Shown here: in pieces, positions 8,715 through 18,158 of the stretch
Layout: every line of letters begins with the position of its first letter
How positions within the stretch are numbered: position 1 is the first letter of the stretch
Position numbers and translations under genes: made by a program
NCBI GenBank assembly: GCA_016196555.1
Contig: JACPXL010000070.1
Span: forward strand, 17,918 to 81,917
DNA: 64,000 nucleotides
From: Candidatus Omnitrophota bacterium
Lineage (GTDB): Bacteria; Omnitrophota; Omnitrophia; Omnitrophales; Aquincolibacteriaceae
Direction: 5' to 3'
The notes under the pieces: generated by a model
The model's input: only the letters and a program-made list of their open reading frames with translations
Told to the model about the DNA's origin: nothing
Databases searched by the model: none

Positions 8715-10139
8715 ATGATTAAATTTTTTAATACCCTTTCCGGAAAATCCGAAGAATTTAAACCGCTTAAAGATAAAGGGGTCAGTCTTTACACCTGCGG
8801 ACCGACGGTTTATGACTATGCCCATATCGGAAATTTCCGCACGTTTGTGTTTGAGGATTTGCTGCGCCGTTTTCTGGAATTCAAAGGCTATAAAGTGAAT
8901 CATGTGATGAATATCACCGATGTGGATGACAAAACGATTGCGGGTGCGGTTCGTGAGAAAAAAAGTTTAAAGGAATATACCGAGTTTTACACCAAGGCCT
9001 TTCGTGAGGATTTAAAGACGCTTAATATTTTGCCGCCTACTAAAGAGCCGAAGGCCACGGATGAAATCCCGGCCATGATTGAGCTGATTGAAAAGCTAAT
9101 AAAAAACAATAAGGCCTACATCAAAGATGGTTCTGTTTATTACCGGGTAACAGATTTTGCGGGCTACGGAAAATTATCTAAGAAAAAACTCGATATGAAT
9201 ATTGCCGGCGCGAGCGAGCGCGTGGATGTGGATGAATATGACCGGGAGCAAATCTCCGATTTTGCGTTATGGAAGAAAGCTAAAGAAGGTGAGCCCTCCT
9301 GGGATTCGCCATGGGGGAAGGGGCGTCCGGGCTGGCATATTGAATGCTCAGCCATGAGCATGAAGTATCTCGGCGAAACTTTTGATATTCATGCCGGAGG
9401 CGAGGACTTGATTTTCCCGCATCATGAAAATGAAATCGCCCAATCCGAAGGCGCCACCGGAAAACCTTTCGTGCGCTACTGGCTTCATTCCAAGCATTTG
9501 CTTGTCGATGGCAAAAAAATGTCGAAAAAGGACAAAAATTTCTATACTCTTTGCGACCTGCTCGCGATAAAAGATGACGAAGGCAAACAAAAATATGATG
9601 GGGTTGTGATTCGGTTTTCGCTTCTTTTTGTCCATTACCGCCAGCAATTTAATTTTACCTTGCAAGGGCTGGACGCCGCTAAGGAAGCCTTGAACCGGCT
9701 TCGTGATTTTTGGCTTAAGATGGGCCTAGGTTACATGAAAGAAAATAATAACGTCAGTAGTCTAGAGCTTGGAACACTTGTAAAAGTAGTTCGAGAGCAT
9801 TTCACCGCTGCTTTGGCTGACGATTTGAATACTTCCGAAGCTTTGGGGGAGATGTTTGCTTTTATCAAATTGGCCAATAAGATTGCTCCGGAAAAAATAA
9901 GCGCCGAAGAATATAAAGAAGCGGACGCTTTTTTAAATGAAACCGATAATATGCTGGGGATTTTCTCCGGTTTTCACTTTGAGCTTTCGGACGAGATAAA
10001 GGAAATTGTGAAGTCGAGAGAAGAAGCTCGGAAAAATAAAAAATATGATGTCGCCGACTCTTTGAGAAATGAAGCAAGAAAAAAAGGATATATTATTGAC
10101 GACTTGCGTGAAGGCGCTCGAGTTAAAAAGCTATTATGA
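8715..10139 (+). CDS. cysS: Cysteinyl-tRNA synthetase
   Basis: TCGPTVYDYAHIGNFRT, GWHIECSAM and KMSKK motifs. 474 aa. Confidence 0.95.
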   Translation: MIKFFNTLSGKSEEFKPLKDKGVSLYTCGPTVYDYAHIGNFRTFVFEDLLRRFLEFKGYKVNHVMNITDVDDKTIAGAVREKKSLKEYTEFYTKAFREDLKTLNILPPTKEPKATDEIPAMIELIEKLIKNNKAYIKDGSVYYRVTDFAGYGKLSKKKLDMNIAGASERVDVDEYDREQISDFALWKKAKEGEPSWDSPWGKGRPGWHIECSAMSMKYLGETFDIHAGGEDLIFPHHENEIAQSEGATGKPFVRYWLHSKHLLVDGKKMSKKDKNFYTLCDLLAIKDDEGKQKYDGVVIRFSLLFVHYRQQFNFTLQGLDAAKEALNRLRDFWLKMGLGYMKENNNVSSLELGTLVKVVREHFTAALADDLNTSEALGEMFAFIKLANKIAPEKISAEEYKEADAFLNETDNMLGIFSGFHFELSDEIKEIVKSREEARKNKKYDVADSLRNEARKKGYIIDDLREGARVKKLL

Positions 10140-10753
10140 AAAAAGGTTATTTCATCACATTTGAAGGCGCGGAGGGGAGCGGGAAGAGTACGCAGATTAA
10201 GCGAGCGGCTGCGTATCTTCGGCTTAACGGCAAGAAAGTGCTGCTCTTGCGTGAGCCCGGTGGTACAAGGGTTAGCGAGGCCATTCGTGAAATCATTCTC
10301 AACAAAACCTTCAAAGAAATGAAGCCAGAAACAGAACTGCTTCTTTATCTTGCGGCGCGGGCTCAAATCGTAAGAGAAAAAATCGAGCCGGCATTGGAAA
10401 AGGGTTACATTGTCATTTGCGACCGGTTCGAAGACTCGACCATTGCTTATCAGGGATACGGACGCAAGATGTCGATAGAAAATATTAAAAAAGTGAGCGG
10501 CCTTTTTGTGCGCGCCGATTTACAGCCGGATTTAACTATTTTGTTAGACATTAATCCCAAAGACGGGATGAAGCGCGGGGGACGTCACGACCGTATGGAG
10601 TATCAATCTTGGGTTTTTCATCACCGTGTCTGGCGCGGTTTTCGTACGTTAGCGAGGCAGCAAAAAAAACGATTTATAAAAATAGATGCGGCTAAATCAA
10701 TCGAAGAAGTTAGCAGCATCATTCAATCGCAATTAGATCAGCGTATTTTCTAA
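10136..10753 (+). CDS. tmk: Thymidylate kinase
   Basis: P-loop FEGAEGSGKST and DRFEDSTIAYQG. ATGA overlap with the cysS stop. Confidence 0.92.
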   Translation: MKKGYFITFEGAEGSGKSTQIKRAAAYLRLNGKKVLLLREPGGTRVSEAIREIILNKTFKEMKPETELLLYLAARAQIVREKIEPALEKGYIVICDRFEDSTIAYQGYGRKMSIENIKKVSGLFVRADLQPDLTILLDINPKDGMKRGGRHDRMEYQSWVFHHRVWRGFRTLARQQKKRFIKIDAAKSIEEVSSIIQSQLDQRIF

Positions 10754-10762
10754 AGAGAACTC

Positions 10763-11590
10763 ATGGCTTCTTTTCATAAAAATCAGGAATTTGCCTGCCG
10801 ATTGATTAAGGTGCATATTGAGAAAAAAAGGCTTTCGAGCACTTATTTGCTCAGTGGAACGGCGTCTTCTCAAAAAGAAGAAATTGCCTTGGCTTTTGCT
10901 CAAGCAGTCAATTGTGAAGCCGGAAAAATTTTCGAATCCTGCGATTGTGTGAGCTGCCGCAAAATCGCGAGTCATGCTCATCCGGACATTTGGTGGGTCG
11001 GTAAGGACACCGAAGCAAAATCCGTCAAAATCGAGGAAATCCGGGAAACCAAAAGCCGCGCGGCGTTGAGACCCTATGAAGGAAAATGGAAAGTGTTTAT
11101 TTTCCCTGAGGCTGACCGGTTGACGCCAGAGGCTCAAAACGCGCTTCTCAAAACTCTGGAAGAGCCGCCGGAGCATTCTCTTTTTATTTTGCTTGTGGAA
11201 AATAAAAATCATCTTTTTGAAACCGTTCAATCGCGTTCATTCGAAATACGTTTGCGGCCGGGAGAGGACGGGGGATCAGAAACCGCTGTGCGCGTGGAAG
11301 ATATCATTGCTTCGCTGGGCGCAGGAAAATGGGAAGATTTTCTGGAAAAGTATCAGGCTGTGCCTCGTGCGGAATTGCAAAATGTGCTGGATGGACTGCT
11401 CGATCATTTTGAGCGCTCCATCAAGCGTTCTGCTGATGATTATCAAAAACTCGCGGCGCTTGTCAGCGCAGTGGGGCATGTGGTCGAAGGTAAAGAAGCG
11501 CTTGATGAGAATGCGAATCAAAAGCTGGCCTTAACGCGCCTTGCTATGCGTTTGAGAAAAACGATTCCTCTTAAAGATTCCAAATCATGA
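10763..11590 (+). CDS. holB: DNA polymerase III delta-prime subunit
   Basis: 275 aa with a clamp-loader-like layout (HPDIWWV, LLKTLEEPP, SRS). Canonical position after tmk. Confidence 0.8.
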   Translation: MASFHKNQEFACRLIKVHIEKKRLSSTYLLSGTASSQKEEIALAFAQAVNCEAGKIFESCDCVSCRKIASHAHPDIWWVGKDTEAKSVKIEEIRETKSRAALRPYEGKWKVFIFPEADRLTPEAQNALLKTLEEPPEHSLFILLVENKNHLFETVQSRSFEIRLRPGEDGGSETAVRVEDIIASLGAGKWEDFLEKYQAVPRAELQNVLDGLLDHFERSIKRSADDYQKLAALVSAVGHVVEGKEALDENANQKLALTRLAMRLRKTIPLKDSKS

Positions 11591-13125
11591 CCGAAAAAAA
11601 ATATTATCTCACCACACCGCTTTACTATGTGAATGCCAAGCCGCATATTGGCCATGCGTACACCAATGTTCTCTGCGACACCTTTGCCCGTTACCGCCGT
11701 TTTCTTGGCGAGGACGTCTTTTTTCTCACCGGCACGGACGAGCACGGTACCAAAATCGAAAAAGCCGCGCGCGAGCAAAGCAAAGATCCGAGAACGTATG
11801 TGGATGAAATGGTCCCGCAATTCAAAAGTTTGTGGGAAACTCTCGGCATTCAATACGATTACTTTATCCGTACAACCGATGAAGCGCATAAAAAATCCGT
11901 TCAAAATATTTTGAAGGATCTGGAAGCCAAGGGGGAGATTTACAAGGCGAGTTATAAAGGCTGGTACTGTACGCCCTGCGAATCCTTCTGGACCAAGCTT
12001 CAGCTCAAAGAAGGCAAATGCCCCGATTGCGGCCGCGATGTTCAGGAATTAAGCGAAGAAAATTATTTTTTCAAACTTTCCAAATATCAGGATTGGCTGA
12101 TTAAGTACATTCAGGAAAACGATTTTATCCGCCCCGAAATACGCAAAAATGAAATCCTGGGATTTTTGCGTGAGCCCCTCGAAGATCTTTGCATCACAAG
12201 GCCCCGGGCCCGCCTTGCCTGGGGGATTGATTATCCCAATTCCAAAGATCATGTGGTGTATGTTTGGTTTGACGCGCTCATCAATTACATCAGTGCGGCG
12301 GGTTTTATGGCGGACGATAAAAAATTCCGCACACTTTGGCCGGCGGATCTTCAAGTAGTGGGTAAAGACATTTTGCGCCAGCATGCGGTTTATTGGCCGA
12401 TTATGCTGAAGGCTTGCGGTGTGGAAATGCCCAAACTCGTTTTGGCCCATGGCTGGTGGACTATGGAAGGCGCCAAAGTCTCAAAATCGCGCGGTAATGC
12501 GGTAGACCCCATTGAGCTTGTCAAAAAATATAGCGTGGATGCTTTACGCTATTTTCTGATGCGCGAAGTGACGATTGGTAATGACGGGGCCTTTTCGGAA
12601 GATTTACTGGCAGAGCGTTATACAAGCGATCTGGCCAATGATTTGGGTAATTTGTGGTTTCGTTTTACTTCCATGCTCGAAAAATATTTTGCTGGCGCTA
12701 TACCGGCTTTAGAAAAAACAGGAGAAAAAGAACCGCTGCTTTCAGCATCGTTCAAATTATGGGAGAAAGTGACTCCTCTTATGGTAGCGTATGATCCGCG
12801 CGAAGCTCTCGCGGTTGTTTGGAGCGTCATCGTTATGGCCAATCAATTTGTGGAAGAGAAAAAGCCGTGGGTTTTGGCCAAAGACCCGGCAAAAAAGGCA
12901 GGGCTTTCACAAGCATTAGCAGTTCTTGGGGAAGCGGTGATTCATATTGCGGTCATCCTGCTCGCATTCATGCCGGCGACCGCAGCAAAAATTTTAGAAC
13001 GGTCCCAACTTCCCAAAGAGTGGATAGTCAAAACAGAAAAAGATTTTGCACGGACATTCCTTAAATCGGGCACAAAAATCGAACGCGGCGAAGCACTTTT
13101 CCCGCGCCTCGAGGAAATCAAATAA
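11587..13125 (+). CDS. metG: Methionyl-tRNA synthetase
   Basis: KPHIGHAYT (HIGH), KVSKS (KMSKS), and the Zn knuckle CTPCESFW...CPDCG. ATGA overlap with the holB stop. Confidence 0.95.
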   Translation: MTEKKYYLTTPLYYVNAKPHIGHAYTNVLCDTFARYRRFLGEDVFFLTGTDEHGTKIEKAAREQSKDPRTYVDEMVPQFKSLWETLGIQYDYFIRTTDEAHKKSVQNILKDLEAKGEIYKASYKGWYCTPCESFWTKLQLKEGKCPDCGRDVQELSEENYFFKLSKYQDWLIKYIQENDFIRPEIRKNEILGFLREPLEDLCITRPRARLAWGIDYPNSKDHVVYVWFDALINYISAAGFMADDKKFRTLWPADLQVVGKDILRQHAVYWPIMLKACGVEMPKLVLAHGWWTMEGAKVSKSRGNAVDPIELVKKYSVDALRYFLMREVTIGNDGAFSEDLLAERYTSDLANDLGNLWFRFTSMLEKYFAGAIPALEKTGEKEPLLSASFKLWEKVTPLMVAYDPREALAVVWSVIVMANQFVEEKKPWVLAKDPAKKAGLSQALAVLGEAVIHIAVILLAFMPATAAKILERSQLPKEWIVKTEKDFARTFLKSGTKIERGEALFPRLEEIK

Positions 13126-13892
13126 TGGGATTTGTCGACACGCATGTTCATCTCCATTTTCCGGATTTTGATCAGGACCGTGAAGAGGTCATACGCCGTG
13201 CCCAGGACGCCGGAGTTGATTTTTTCATCAATGTGGGAACGGATGTGAAAAGTTCGCAGGCATCGCTTGCGCTTGCCGAGAGCCATTCCAATATCCGCGG
13301 CTCCGGGGGAATTCATCCGCATGATGCCAAGGATGCTACCGAGCAAGCCTTCGGAGAGTTAGAAACCATTTTGCAGCATCCTAAAATGATTGCCGTGGGG
13401 GAAGTGGGCCTGGATTTTTATCGGGACCATAGTCCCAAAGAAAAGCAAAAAGAGGTGTTGCGGCGATTCATCGCCATTCATCAAAAAGTGAAAAAGCCGC
13501 TTATTCTCCATTGTCGTAACGCCTACGAGGATTTGATGGTTCTTCTGAAAGAAGAAATGGCGCCTCCTTACCGCGGAGTCATGCATTGTTTTTCTTCGAC
13601 CACAGACACGATGAGAAAATTTGTCGATGCCGGATTTTATATTTCCTTCGCGGGGCCATTGACCTATAAGAAAAATGATGAACTTCGCGAGGCTTGTAAA
13701 GAATGTCCAATCGACCGGTTGCTGCTTGAAACCGACGCACCTTTTCTTCCACCGCAATCCATGCGCGGCAAACGCAATGAATCCAGCCTTATGATGGAAA
13801 CGGCCCAGGTGGCCGCCGGTCTTCACGGTTTGGATTTGGAAACTTTGGCGGCCCGTACTACGCAAAACGCAAGAAAGGTTTTCGCTTTATGA
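13125..13892 (+). CDS. tatD: TatD-family metal-dependent hydrolase/DNase
   Basis: VDTHVHL at the N-terminus, plus GEVGLDF, HCR and LLETDAPF motifs. TAATG overlap with metG. Confidence 0.88.
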   Translation: MGFVDTHVHLHFPDFDQDREEVIRRAQDAGVDFFINVGTDVKSSQASLALAESHSNIRGSGGIHPHDAKDATEQAFGELETILQHPKMIAVGEVGLDFYRDHSPKEKQKEVLRRFIAIHQKVKKPLILHCRNAYEDLMVLLKEEMAPPYRGVMHCFSSTTDTMRKFVDAGFYISFAGPLTYKKNDELREACKECPIDRLLLETDAPFLPPQSMRGKRNESSLMMETAQVAAGLHGLDLETLAARTTQNARKVFAL

Positions 13893-14986
13893 TTCGGGAT
13901 ATGATTGGCTTTTTCAAAAAAGAAAAGGGATATTCTCTGCTTTTTCTGATTCTGCTTGTCACTTACGGTGTGTTTCTCGCAATGCCCAAGCAAAATGAAC
14001 CTGCCAAGGAGCATACCTCTGCGGCGGTGGATCAATTTCGCCAGGCAGAAAAACAGGTGCAATCGAAAATTGATCATGCGGGATCGTGGCATTATTTTAT
14101 TAAAAAACGTCCGCTGCTCAATCAATTCCTAAAAATCGTCAGTTTTTTTGTTGCCGGCGCATTCAGCATCGGCTTGGCCATCAATTTTTTCCTGCTCTTT
14201 AACCCTGCCTGGCGCCGCAATCTTACCAGCCATTTAGGTCCTCCGGACAATACCCATTGGCAGATTTCCATGCTCTTTAAAGTCATTCTTCTATGGACCT
14301 CAGCCAGCCTGGGCTTGAACCTCATTTTTTTAGGCATTCGCCAGTATCTTTTGTCTGATCTTTCCATGAATTTTTATCTTTTAATGCACACCACCCTTTC
14401 GGATATTTTTTGTGTGGTCTTTATTGTTCACATTATTCACTCCGCTGGCGGGGATTGGCGGGACCTGGGTCTTTGGGTCCCCCGCGGTAGAATGTTCAAG
14501 GAAGTGATGATGGGGCTTGGAGGATATGTCGCGGTGTTGCCGATTTTTTTTGCCGTTTTGATTTTTTTGACGACTGTCGCAAATTTCTTTCACTATGAGC
14601 CGCCGGCCCATCCGCTCGTCACGGTTTTTCTCGAGGAAGATAAAAGGTCCCCATGGCTTATCTTTTATTCCGTGTTTTTGGCCAGCGTGGTGGCGCCCAT
14701 TTTTGAAGAAATATTTTTCCGCGGCTTTTGTTACACACTTTTTAAAAAGAAATGGGGAATGGGCTGGGGAATGGTCCTAAGCTCGGCCTTTTTTGCTCTC
14801 ATTCATCAAAACAGTTTTGCTTTCTGGCCGATTTTTATTTTGGGTATCGGAATGGCTTACCTTTATGAAAAAAGACGTACGCTTCTTCCTTCCATGGTGC
14901 TGCATGTTATGCATAACTCCATTTTTCTGGCGTATTTTTTCTTTGCCAAAAAAGTGATCAGCCAGGAAACCGGAAGTATTTTTTAA
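13889..14986 (+). CDS. CPBP-family (CAAX-type) intramembrane metalloprotease
   Basis: Polytopic protein with EEIFFRGF, FALIHQN and HVMHNS motifs. ATGA overlap with tatD. Confidence 0.8.
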   Translation: MIRDMIGFFKKEKGYSLLFLILLVTYGVFLAMPKQNEPAKEHTSAAVDQFRQAEKQVQSKIDHAGSWHYFIKKRPLLNQFLKIVSFFVAGAFSIGLAINFFLLFNPAWRRNLTSHLGPPDNTHWQISMLFKVILLWTSASLGLNLIFLGIRQYLLSDLSMNFYLLMHTTLSDIFCVVFIVHIIHSAGGDWRDLGLWVPRGRMFKEVMMGLGGYVAVLPIFFAVLIFLTTVANFFHYEPPAHPLVTVFLEEDKRSPWLIFYSVFLASVVAPIFEEIFFRGFCYTLFKKKWGMGWGMVLSSAFFALIHQNSFAFWPIFILGIGMAYLYEKRRTLLPSMVLHVMHNSIFLAYFFFAKKVISQETGSIF

Positions 14987-14987
14987 T

Positions 14988-15608
14988 ATGCCTCATTATC
15001 TTGAAATTGCCCTCTGGATTCTCTTTTTTGTGATGAGTGTTGTCATTCATGAAGTTTGTCACGGCGTTGTGGCAGGCTGGTTGGGGGACCCCACGGCGAA
15101 AAATTTGGGCCGGCTGACACTCAATCCTATCCGCCATATCGATCTTTTTTGGACGATTCTTCTGCCCGGTCTCCTTTACCTTTCTACCCACGGCCGTTTT
15201 GCCATTGGAATGGCGAAGCCCGTGCCGGTGGATTTCAGCCGGTTGAGAAATCCCAAACGGGACATGGTTTGGGTGGCGCTGGTCGGTCCTGCTGCCAATA
15301 TTGCTCTGGCCGCGCTTTTTAGTTTTTTTTGGAAAATTTCGGGTTTTGAGCTTATTCTTTACGGAGCATATTTTAATCTGGGCCTGGCCATGTTTAATTT
15401 GATCCCTATTCCGCCGCTTGATGGCTCCCGGATTTTAGCGGGGATTTTACCCCTGACTTTGGCGCGTCTTTATATGAGACTTGAACCGATAGGCTTTCTG
15501 ATTATCCTTGTGGTTTATTTAAGCGGCGTTTTGTCGTACGTTATTTTCCCGGCGGTCGATTTTTTTTGCCGGATATTCAGAATCCCATCCCTTACGGGAA
15601 TTGCTTAG
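14988..15608 (+). CDS. Site-2 protease family (M50) intramembrane zinc metalloprotease
   Basis: HEVCHG (HExxH) in TM1 and NLIPIPPLDG in a later TM. 206 aa. Confidence 0.82.
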   Translation: MPHYLEIALWILFFVMSVVIHEVCHGVVAGWLGDPTAKNLGRLTLNPIRHIDLFWTILLPGLLYLSTHGRFAIGMAKPVPVDFSRLRNPKRDMVWVALVGPAANIALAALFSFFWKISGFELILYGAYFNLGLAMFNLIPIPPLDGSRILAGILPLTLARLYMRLEPIGFLIILVVYLSGVLSYVIFPAVDFFCRIFRIPSLTGIA

Positions 15609-15616
15609 GAGAAAAA

Positions 15617-16765
15617 ATGCCCTTTCCGCCTTTAAAATTTGAAAAAGACAATTTGAAACTTTTAGATCAAAGAAAACTTCCACATCGAGAAATCTGGAGG
15701 ACTTGCCGCAATTCACGCGACGTGCATTGGTCTATACGCCACATGGTGGTGCGTGGGGCTCCGGCGATCGGAGTGGTGGCAGGATACGGACTTTATTTAG
15801 GCATGAAAAATTTCCGGGGAGATACACGCGGATTTTTCAAAAAAATGGAAAGGGAAGCGAAATTTTTAAAAACCGCTCGACCAACCGCTGTCAACCTTGC
15901 CAATGTAATCGATCATATTTATGCTACTGTCATTGCGAGGAGGGCCGTAGGCCCGACGAAGCAATCTCAAACCGGGATTGCTTCGCTCTCTCCGAGCCTC
16001 ACGGCTCGTAGAGCCGGAGGCACTTCGTCCGCTCGCAATGACAGGGCAGTTGCAGACCTGAAAAAATGTGTTTTGCAAGAAGCCAAAAAAGTTCATCGCG
16101 ATGATGATGTTCTCTGCCGTAAAATTGGCCGCCACGGCTCCGCTTTATTTAGAAGCGGCGACCGCGTGCTGACTCACTGCAATGCGGGCGGGCTTGCCAC
16201 TTCCGGTTACGGGACAGCACTCGGCGTTCTTTACTCCGTCAAATCCAGCGGCAAAAAAATCTCCGTTTATGCGGATGAAACCCGTCCGCTTCTGCAGGGA
16301 GCAAGGCTTACGGCTTGGGAACTCACGAAAAGCGGTATTCCTTGCACGCTTCTTTGCGATAATTTTGCGGCGAGCATGATGCAAGCCGGCAAAATCGACC
16401 GTATTATTGTCGGAGCTGATCGCATTGCCGCGAATGGAGACACGGCCAATAAAATCGGCACTTACAATCTTGCTGTGCTGGCGGAAGCTCATGGAATTCC
16501 TTTTTATATTGCAGCTCCCGGCACGACTTTTGATTTTCATATCAAAAACGGAAAACAAATCCCCATCGAAAACCGGCATGAAAGGGAAGTGACGGAAGGA
16601 TTCGGCAAGCGCATTGCACCGTATGGTGTCCGCGTGGAAAATCCGGCCTTTGATGTTACACCTTATCGATTAATCACAGCTTTTATCACCGAAGCCGGAG
16701 TTCTCAAACCGCCGTTCAAAAAATCCTTTCGAAAACTCAAATGCAATCCGAGTTCAAACTCATAG
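15617..16765 (+). CDS. mtnA: S-methyl-5-thioribose-1-phosphate isomerase (eIF-2B alpha/beta/delta-like family) carrying a 38-codon palindromic-element insertion
   Basis: SD AGGAG at 15607-15611, then ATG 15617 (MPFPPLKFEKDNLKLLDQRKLP). Motifs RGAPAIG, ARPTAVNL, THCNAG, ETRP.LQGARLTAWEL and VGADRIAANGDTANKIGTY. The track start 15566 overlaps the M50 gene and has no SD. Confidence 0.85.
   Translation: MPFPPLKFEKDNLKLLDQRKLPHREIWRTCRNSRDVHWSIRHMVVRGAPAIGVVAGYGLYLGMKNFRGDTRGFFKKMEREAKFLKTARPTAVNLANVIDHIYATVIARRAVGPTKQSQTGIASLSPSLTARRAGGTSSARNDRAVADLKKCVLQEAKKVHRDDDVLCRKIGRHGSALFRSGDRVLTHCNAGGLATSGYGTALGVLYSVKSSGKKISVYADETRPLLQGARLTAWELTKSGIPCTLLCDNFAASMMQAGKIDRIIVGADRIAANGDTANKIGTYNLAVLAEAHGIPFYIAAPGTTFDFHIKNGKQIPIENRHEREVTEGFGKRIAPYGVRVENPAFDVTPYRLITAFITEAGVLKPPFKKSFRKLKCNPSSNS
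15929..16042. repeat. Palindromic REP/MITE-like element, copy 2 (GTCATTGCGAG...CTCGCAATGAC subtype), inside the mtnA CDS and in frame
   Basis: The tips gtcattgcgag and ctcgcaatgac are perfectly complementary. Inner arms cgacgaagcaatc and gattgcttcg. 114 bp = exactly 38 codons, aligned to the mtnA frame (15929-15617 = 312). Confidence 0.85.
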
Positions 16766-17676
16766 AAAGTTTCAAAAAACTCATTCCCCGCAAACTTCAA
16801 GGCCCTTTGGGAATTGGCGATGACGCCGCCGCTTTACCGAAAATTGGGCCGGACCGGGAATGGATTATAAGTACCGATGTCGTGGCCGATGGAGTTGATT
16901 TCCATATCGGAAAAATTTCTCCTGCAATGGCGGGGCGAAAAGCCCTGGCCGTTAATCTAAGCGATATTGCCGCGATGGGCGGAATTCCTTCCGCTTTTGT
17001 GATCAGTTTGGGAATCCCCGCTCATTTAAAGGAGAATTGGCTGAAAGATTTTTATCGTGGAATGATAAAATTGGCGAAGCGATATTCCGTTTCCTGTGTG
17101 GGGGGCGATATTTCTCGTGCTTCGAAATTTTTTGCCTCCATTACGATTTTAGGCCATGTGAAGAAAGGCCGGGCCATTACACGGCGCGGTGCCAAGTCCG
17201 GGGATTTGATTTATGTGACGGGTCAGCTTGGAGGGTCGATACTCCGCCATCATTATGAATTTGTGCCGCGGCTTGAGGAAGCCCGTTTCTTGGCAGATCA
17301 ATTCCATCCTACGTCTATGATCGATATTTCCGACGGGTTCCTGCAGGATTTGGGGCATATTTTGAAAAATTCACGGGTTGGCGCTCAAATTGATTTGAAT
17401 CATATTCCAGTTTCTGCGGACGCCCGGCGTTTAGTGCGCGGTAATTCTCAAAAAGCCTTGCAGCATGCCCTTACTGACGGAGAAGATTTCGAACTTTTAT
17501 TTACCATACCGGCCTCTAAGGGCGCACGGCTTGAGAGAATTTGGAAAAAACATTTTGGGCGTATTTCGCTTTCCCGTGTAGGAGAAATCAATTCTCATCA
17601 AGGAACATTGGGATATGTTTCTGGGGGCCGTAAAACCAAACTTCATTTTGCTAAAAAAGGATTTTCCCATTTTTAG
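16741..17676 (+). CDS. thiL: Thiamine-monophosphate kinase
   Basis: AIR-synthase-like fold motifs GIGDDAAAL, NLSDIAAMGG and GGDIS. 311 aa. Overlaps the mtnA 3' end by 25 nt. Confidence 0.85.
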   Translation: MQSEFKLIESFKKLIPRKLQGPLGIGDDAAALPKIGPDREWIISTDVVADGVDFHIGKISPAMAGRKALAVNLSDIAAMGGIPSAFVISLGIPAHLKENWLKDFYRGMIKLAKRYSVSCVGGDISRASKFFASITILGHVKKGRAITRRGAKSGDLIYVTGQLGGSILRHHYEFVPRLEEARFLADQFHPTSMIDISDGFLQDLGHILKNSRVGAQIDLNHIPVSADARRLVRGNSQKALQHALTDGEDFELLFTIPASKGARLERIWKKHFGRISLSRVGEINSHQGTLGYVSGGRKTKLHFAKKGFSHF

Positions 17677-17677
17677 A

Positions 17678-18121
17678 ATGACAAAATCTCAAAAAATCGT
17701 CAGCTCTTCTGTTGAAGAAACCGTCAGCATTGCCAAAAAATTTGCCGCCGGCTTGAAAGCGGGAAATGTTTTAGCTCTGGAAGGGGATTTGGGCAGTGGC
17801 AAGACCACCTTTGTGAAAGGAATTGCTTCCGGTTTGGGTTTGAATGATTCCGATGCGGTCAAAAGTCCCACTTTTGTGCTGATGCATATTTACCCCACGC
17901 GTATTCCGCTCTATCATTTTGACCTTTACCGGCTGGAAGGAAATGCCGATCTTGCTGCTGTAGGGCTGGAGGACTTTATCTATGATCCAAAGGCCATTAC
18001 CTGTGTTGAATGGGCTGAAAAGGCGGGGAATTTTTTCCCTTCTTCAACCTATCGTATTGCTTTGAAAATTCTCGGTTCCGATAAGCGCCAGATTGAGATC
18101 AAAAAGGCGTCGCTTGAATAA
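17678..18121 (+). CDS. tsaE: tRNA t6A biosynthesis ATPase TsaE (YjeE)
   Basis: GDLGSGKTTFVKGI P-loop and SPTF.L...Y....LYHFDLYRL. ATG 17678 is chosen because the upstream part of the track ORF overlaps thiL. Confidence 0.88.
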   Translation: MTKSQKIVSSSVEETVSIAKKFAAGLKAGNVLALEGDLGSGKTTFVKGIASGLGLNDSDAVKSPTFVLMHIYPTRIPLYHFDLYRLEGNADLAAVGLEDFIYDPKAITCVEWAEKAGNFFPSSTYRIALKILGSDKRQIEIKKASLE

Positions 18122-18158
18122 GAGGCGCATGCGGAGTACCTTTTAACAAAGGCAATCC

